A stretch of DNA of 20,000 nucleotides from an uncultured virus (IMG/VR IMGVR_UViG_3300035502_000498). Its lineage: Duplodnaviria > Heunggongvirae > Uroviricota > Caudoviricetes. The notes beneath the pieces are model-generated. The model made no database searches. It was not told the origin of the DNA and was given only the letters and a program-made list of their open reading frames with translations. The position numbers and the translations under genes are program-made. Below are positions 16,561 through 20,000 of this stretch, piece by piece. Where the stretch lies: the IMG/VR virus record IMGVR_UViG_3300035502_000498; one strand, given 5' to 3'. Every line of letters begins with the position of its first letter. Position 1 is the stretch's first letter.

Positions 16561-16596
16561 AAGCTCTTCTCTCTTCATTGAAGAGCTTTTCTTTTG
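16561..16596 (+). terminator. intrinsic terminator closing the tail module
   Basis: AAGCTCTTC/GAAGAGCTT 9-bp stem, then TTCTTTT. Confidence 0.75.
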
Positions 16597-16631
16597 TCCG
16601 TTCTTAAATTTCCATAGGAGGCTATTGCACT

Positions 16632-16799
16632 ATGCTCTGTGGAGTTTGTGAACATTGTGGAGATACTTATCCTTTACCTGAAGGAATGAAAGAAGGCAAA
16701 AAGTACAAATGTCTTAAATGTGGAAAAACTTATGTTCTTCACATTGTAAAGATGGATGAGTTCGTATTTCATTCATTGAAGGCAGTCAATCCTTCATAA
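16632..16799 (+). CDS. 55-aa zinc-ribbon protein (absent from the ORF track)
   Basis: AGGAGG RBS 16616-21; MLCGVCEHCGDTYPLPEGMKEGKKYKCLKCGKTYVL..., two CxxC pairs; the stop abuts the next gene's RBS. Confidence 0.8.
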   Translation: MLCGVCEHCGDTYPLPEGMKEGKKYKCLKCGKTYVLHIVKMDEFVFHSLKAVNPS

Positions 16800-16813
16800 A
16801 GGAGAATTAAGCA

Positions 16814-17176
16814 ATGGACAGAAATATAGCAGAAGATTTAATTAGAATAGAATCAAAGTTTAACATAGCATTATCGGAGTTTTCCAAACAATCTGGATAT
16901 ATCGAAGGAACTCTTGATACAGTTATTGCTACAAATGTAGATGCCAATCCAGAGATCTCAATGATAGCAGACAGATTGGTTAAGACTTTTCATTCTATCG
17001 AAGGTGTATGCAAACAAGGCATCTCTTTGGAGTTCAAAAATCTTTTAGATTTATGCAAAGAGCTTGCAGAAGAGAATTCCAAACTAATCGAAGAAAAGTC
17101 TAAACCTAAAGAGATTGATTTGGATTCTGCAATAGCCGCATTAAAGAAGACTACAAGAGGTAAAAATGGAAAATAA
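16814..17176 (+). CDS. hypothetical helical protein
   Basis: 120-aa ORF, AAGGAG RBS. Confidence 0.75.
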   Translation: MDRNIAEDLIRIESKFNIALSEFSKQSGYIEGTLDTVIATNVDANPEISMIADRLVKTFHSIEGVCKQGISLEFKNLLDLCKELAEENSKLIEEKSKPKEIDLDSAIAALKKTTRGKNGK

Positions 17177-17642
17177 CTTTATATCTGAAGCATATAAACC
17201 AGCAGAGAAATTGGCATTTGATTACTTTATGCTTAGAGGTATTCTTTCTCGATTATTGCAGGAACAGAAATTTTCTAAAGATATTGAAGCAATGCTTCTA
17301 AAGATATATAAGAACTTCCAAAATAATGCAGATAAATTGATATCGTTATATCAAGATGAAAAAGATGTCTTATCTCTTAATGAATTATTGAAAAACACAG
17401 AAGATGAATCTGATTCAGTATTCATAGATGCTGGAATGGATCAACCTCTACTAGATGAAGAAAAAGCAACAAGTTCTTTGGTTGATTTCTTAATAGATAT
17501 AGAAACTTCATATTTGGATGATGCAAAGAATTATGTAGATGCCATTCCGAAATTTCATTGGGATATAGACAGCTTTAAAAAAGCATTTAACACTGTAGAA
17601 AAGAAAGCAATAGATTATGTTAAAGAATTCGATAATGAATAA
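17166..17642 (+). CDS. hypothetical helical protein (possible degenerate Dps/ferritin-like fold)
   Basis: 158-aa ORF, GAGG RBS; helical pattern only. Confidence 0.7.
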   Translation: MENNFISEAYKPAEKLAFDYFMLRGILSRLLQEQKFSKDIEAMLLKIYKNFQNNADKLISLYQDEKDVLSLNELLKNTEDESDSVFIDAGMDQPLLDEEKATSSLVDFLIDIETSYLDDAKNYVDAIPKFHWDIDSFKKAFNTVEKKAIDYVKEFDNE

Positions 17643-17799
17643 ATCAGAGGTTCAGGAGAAAAGCATTTCAAAGAATATGAGTTCTGGTTGGGTATGTCCT
17701 AAATGCGGACGTGTTTTAAGTCCAGAAGTAAGAGAATGTCCTTGCTCAAAAGCAAAACAAGAAAATGCACAAATCAAAAAGAATTGGATTAACGATTAA
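17635..17799 (+). CDS. small zinc-finger protein
   Basis: GWVCPKCGRVLSP...CPC motif common in phage microproteins; ATG overlaps the end of the upstream gene. Confidence 0.7.
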   Translation: MNKSEVQEKSISKNMSSGWVCPKCGRVLSPEVRECPCSKAKQENAQIKKNWIND

Positions 17800-17826
17800 T
17801 CTAAGATTTTAGAGGAGATAGAAAGA

Positions 17827-18315
17827 ATGATGCTACTTAGAGAAAAGAGATTAGTAGTTATTTGTGATATAGATAATACTGTATTAGATATAACACATAG
17901 ATTCCATTTATTAGATGGAGAGAATACAAATTGGGAAGAATTCTTATCAGTAGATAACGTCAGAAAAGACAAACCTATGTGGAATACAATTGATGTTATT
18001 AGTTGTTTGGCAACAAGATATCCAATAATTTTCCTCACAGGAAGAAACGAAGGGACTCGTGGAATAACAGAAGAGCAAATAGCAAGTATGTGGAGATGTC
18101 AACCATTATTAAATGGATATGAATTATACATGAGAGAAGATGGCGATTATCGTAAAGACACAGAAATCAAGAAGGAAATGTACGAGAAATACATTGAACC
18201 AAACTATGATGTTCTTGCTGCTTTTGATGATAAGCCAGATATCGTAGAGCTCTGGAGAGATCTAGGCTTAACCGCTTACCATGTAGGTATCCTTGCTTCT
18301 GGAGATGGCTTCTAA
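17827..18315 (+). CDS. HAD-family phosphatase, stand-alone polynucleotide 3'-phosphatase (T4 PseT C-terminal-like)
   Basis: DIDNT (motif I), LTGR (II), MR..GDYRKDTEIKKE (III), FDD (IV), W..LGL. Confidence 0.88.
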   Translation: MMLLREKRLVVICDIDNTVLDITHRFHLLDGENTNWEEFLSVDNVRKDKPMWNTIDVISCLATRYPIIFLTGRNEGTRGITEEQIASMWRCQPLLNGYELYMREDGDYRKDTEIKKEMYEKYIEPNYDVLAAFDDKPDIVELWRDLGLTAYHVGILASGDGF

Positions 18316-18329
18316 GATTATATTAGCAT

Positions 18330-18668
18330 ATGAAAGAACTAGAGTTATTAAAAAGGGCATTATATGAAGCAGAAGACAACGCTATGCTTTCTGATCAATT
18401 TCAAACAAATTCCAAAGATTCTGGTCTTGTTTTCGATGGGAAGATAAGATATGAGGGTGATTCTAAAATTCATCTTGATTTAAACATATCTTTACCAGCA
18501 TACACACAATCTTATATAACCAAGACCGAATACAAAGAAATATCAGAAGATCAATTTTCAGAAGCATCAAAGAAAATTCAGAATGCATTGCAAGAAGTTT
18601 CTGAAACTTTTGCAACTGAATTAAAGAATAAACTTGCTTCTTATGGCTTAATACAAGGAGGACAGTAG
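18330..18668 (+). CDS. hypothetical protein
   Basis: 112-aa ORF; no SD; LYE motif near the N-terminus. Confidence 0.7.
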   Translation: MKELELLKRALYEAEDNAMLSDQFQTNSKDSGLVFDGKIRYEGDSKIHLDLNISLPAYTQSYITKTEYKEISEDQFSEASKKIQNALQEVSETFATELKNKLASYGLIQGGQ

Positions 18669-19945
18669 TGGGCAACATTAAAAACCGCATTGAATCAAAA
18701 ATTCAGGAAATATATGGTGAAGAAGCAGAAAACATCATGCCTGTAATAGAAGTAAAAGATTCCGAAGATGGAATGGAAGTAGAAGTTAGAACAGAACTTG
18801 ATTATGAAGGAATGACTGCTCTTGCAAAAGAATTGAATCCAATTGTTAAAAAATATGATAAAGATGCATATTTTGATCAATACTCTTCTGGAGTTATGGT
18901 TGCAAATATTCAAGGAACTGTAAATGAAGCAGAAGATGATAATGAAGATGGTGCTGAAATCGAATTAGATGATGTAGAACTTGAAGAAGAACCAATTGAA
19001 GGTGAAGAAGCAAAAGAAGAAAATCATATGGAAAAGTTCTCGGCAATGGTAAGATTAAGTCTTGCATCTGAACATGAAACTGCAGCTGAATACACAAAAA
19101 GAGCTGCAAAATGCGAAAAACATGGAATGGAAGATGCAGCAAAATTATTTAGAGACATTGCTGAAGAAGAAATAGTTCATGCTGGAGAGTTTCAATCACT
19201 TTTAGAAAAATATGGTTTACTTAATCAAGAAGCAATAGATCAAGGTGAGCAAGAAGGAAACGAAATCCTTGCTGGAGATAAAGAAGAACCAGAAATCGAT
19301 GCTCCAGAAGTTCCTGCAGATGATATGGAAAATGAATCTGTAAATGAAGATATTTCAGATAAAGGAGATTTAGTTTACAGAATAGCAGCAATTAAACAAT
19401 ACACTACTGCAGAAGATCATTCTGCTATTACACTTTTAAGAGAACTTTCTCGTTATTTAGACATAGATGAATTCAAAGGATTCTATGAATACTTAATGAA
19501 AGAATATGATATAGATCCAAGAGAACAATTCCCTGGAGACTATGAAGATAAAGAAGAGTCTGTAAACGAAGATGCAGAATTCCATGTTATTCAATACAAC
19601 AAGAAAGATTCAGGATATAATCCAACTACAAAATACAACTGTAATTCAATGGCAGAAGTAAGAGGAATCTTCAAAGGACACTCAGCATTGAATATAGTGG
19701 ATAAAATCGAAGTATTCAAAGGTGATAAACTTGTTTACATTGGAACCCCAGAAATCAAAGAAGGTTCTAAAAGATACAGTGTAAAATGGACTAAAGCAAC
19801 TGCATCAGAAGACGCATCTTCAGCAGGAACAGTTGCTTCTTTAGGTGCTGCTCCAACTGCAGTTGTTGGAAAGAAACCTGTCGAAGCAAAAGAAACAAGA
19901 ATTTGCGAAGAGTTAAAAGCTCTTCAAGAAGCATTGAAAGGATAA
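18668..19945 (+). CDS. modular acidic protein containing a half-ferritin (rubrerythrin/encapsulin-Flp-like) domain
   Basis: GTG start with AGGAGG RBS; E..E...EY...A...FRDIAEEEIVHAGEF di-iron motif at aa ~125-180; three (T/S)VNE motifs. Confidence 0.8.
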   Translation: MGNIKNRIESKIQEIYGEEAENIMPVIEVKDSEDGMEVEVRTELDYEGMTALAKELNPIVKKYDKDAYFDQYSSGVMVANIQGTVNEAEDDNEDGAEIELDDVELEEEPIEGEEAKEENHMEKFSAMVRLSLASEHETAAEYTKRAAKCEKHGMEDAAKLFRDIAEEEIVHAGEFQSLLEKYGLLNQEAIDQGEQEGNEILAGDKEEPEIDAPEVPADDMENESVNEDISDKGDLVYRIAAIKQYTTAEDHSAITLLRELSRYLDIDEFKGFYEYLMKEYDIDPREQFPGDYEDKEESVNEDAEFHVIQYNKKDSGYNPTTKYNCNSMAEVRGIFKGHSALNIVDKIEVFKGDKLVYIGTPEIKEGSKRYSVKWTKATASEDASSAGTVASLGAAPTAVVGKKPVEAKETRICEELKALQEALKG

Positions 19946-19949
19946 TGAA

Positions 19950-20000
19950 TTGCAAATACGTTTCGCAGTCAGAGGAATATTAAACAAGCTAAACGAGAAG
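19950..20000 (+). CDS. partial CDS running off the window
   Basis: AAGGA RBS, TTG start, open to the end (MQIRFAVRGILNKLNEK). Confidence 0.4.
   Translation, partial: MQIRFAVRGILNKLNEK

Noticed and set aside
16632..16799. LysW amino-group carrier protein
   Set aside because: The zinc-ribbon spacing is similar, but it lacks the acidic composition and the C-terminal EDWGE
8386..19570. CRISPR array or attachment site from the repeated CTGTAAA(T/C)GAAG sequence
   Set aside because: The copies are in frame within CDSs, irregularly spaced and vary at synonymous positions, so it is a protein motif
19945..19983. ATG-start ORF overlapping the stop of ORF 18668
   Set aside because: It closes after 12 codons; the TTG frame at 19950 has better RBS spacing and stays open

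Overview
AT-rich, gene-dense window with essentially every real gene on the + strand and strong GGAG(G) ribosome-binding sites, read in the standard genetic code. It looks like part of a large tailed (jumbo-type, probably myovirus-like) phage genome. 1-2.2 kb is an RNA island. It holds three atypical tRNAs (Gly-like ACC, Trp CCA, initiator Met), an unidentified ~235-nt pseudoknotted ncRNA candidate (1426-1659) and a ~465-nt ornate, pseudoknotted RNA closed by a 28-bp stem (1752-2215; ROOL-like). 2.2-6.1 kb holds small accessory genes, including a Pol-beta-type nucleotidyltransferase, a YkgJ-like Cys-cluster protein and a Myb-like repeat protein. 6.1-9.3 kb encodes very acidic or Lys/Ala-rich proteins with recurrent (E)SVNE-type motifs, probably head-internal proteins cut by a prohead protease. 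9.4-11.0 kb is a GroEL chaperonin with no adjacent groES. 11.1-16.5 kb is a tail-fibre/receptor-binding module. 16.6-20 kb holds zinc-ribbon proteins, a PNKP-type HAD phosphatase and a modular acidic protein carrying an encapsulin-cargo-like half-ferritin domain. All family assignments come from motif recognition by eye, not from database searches.
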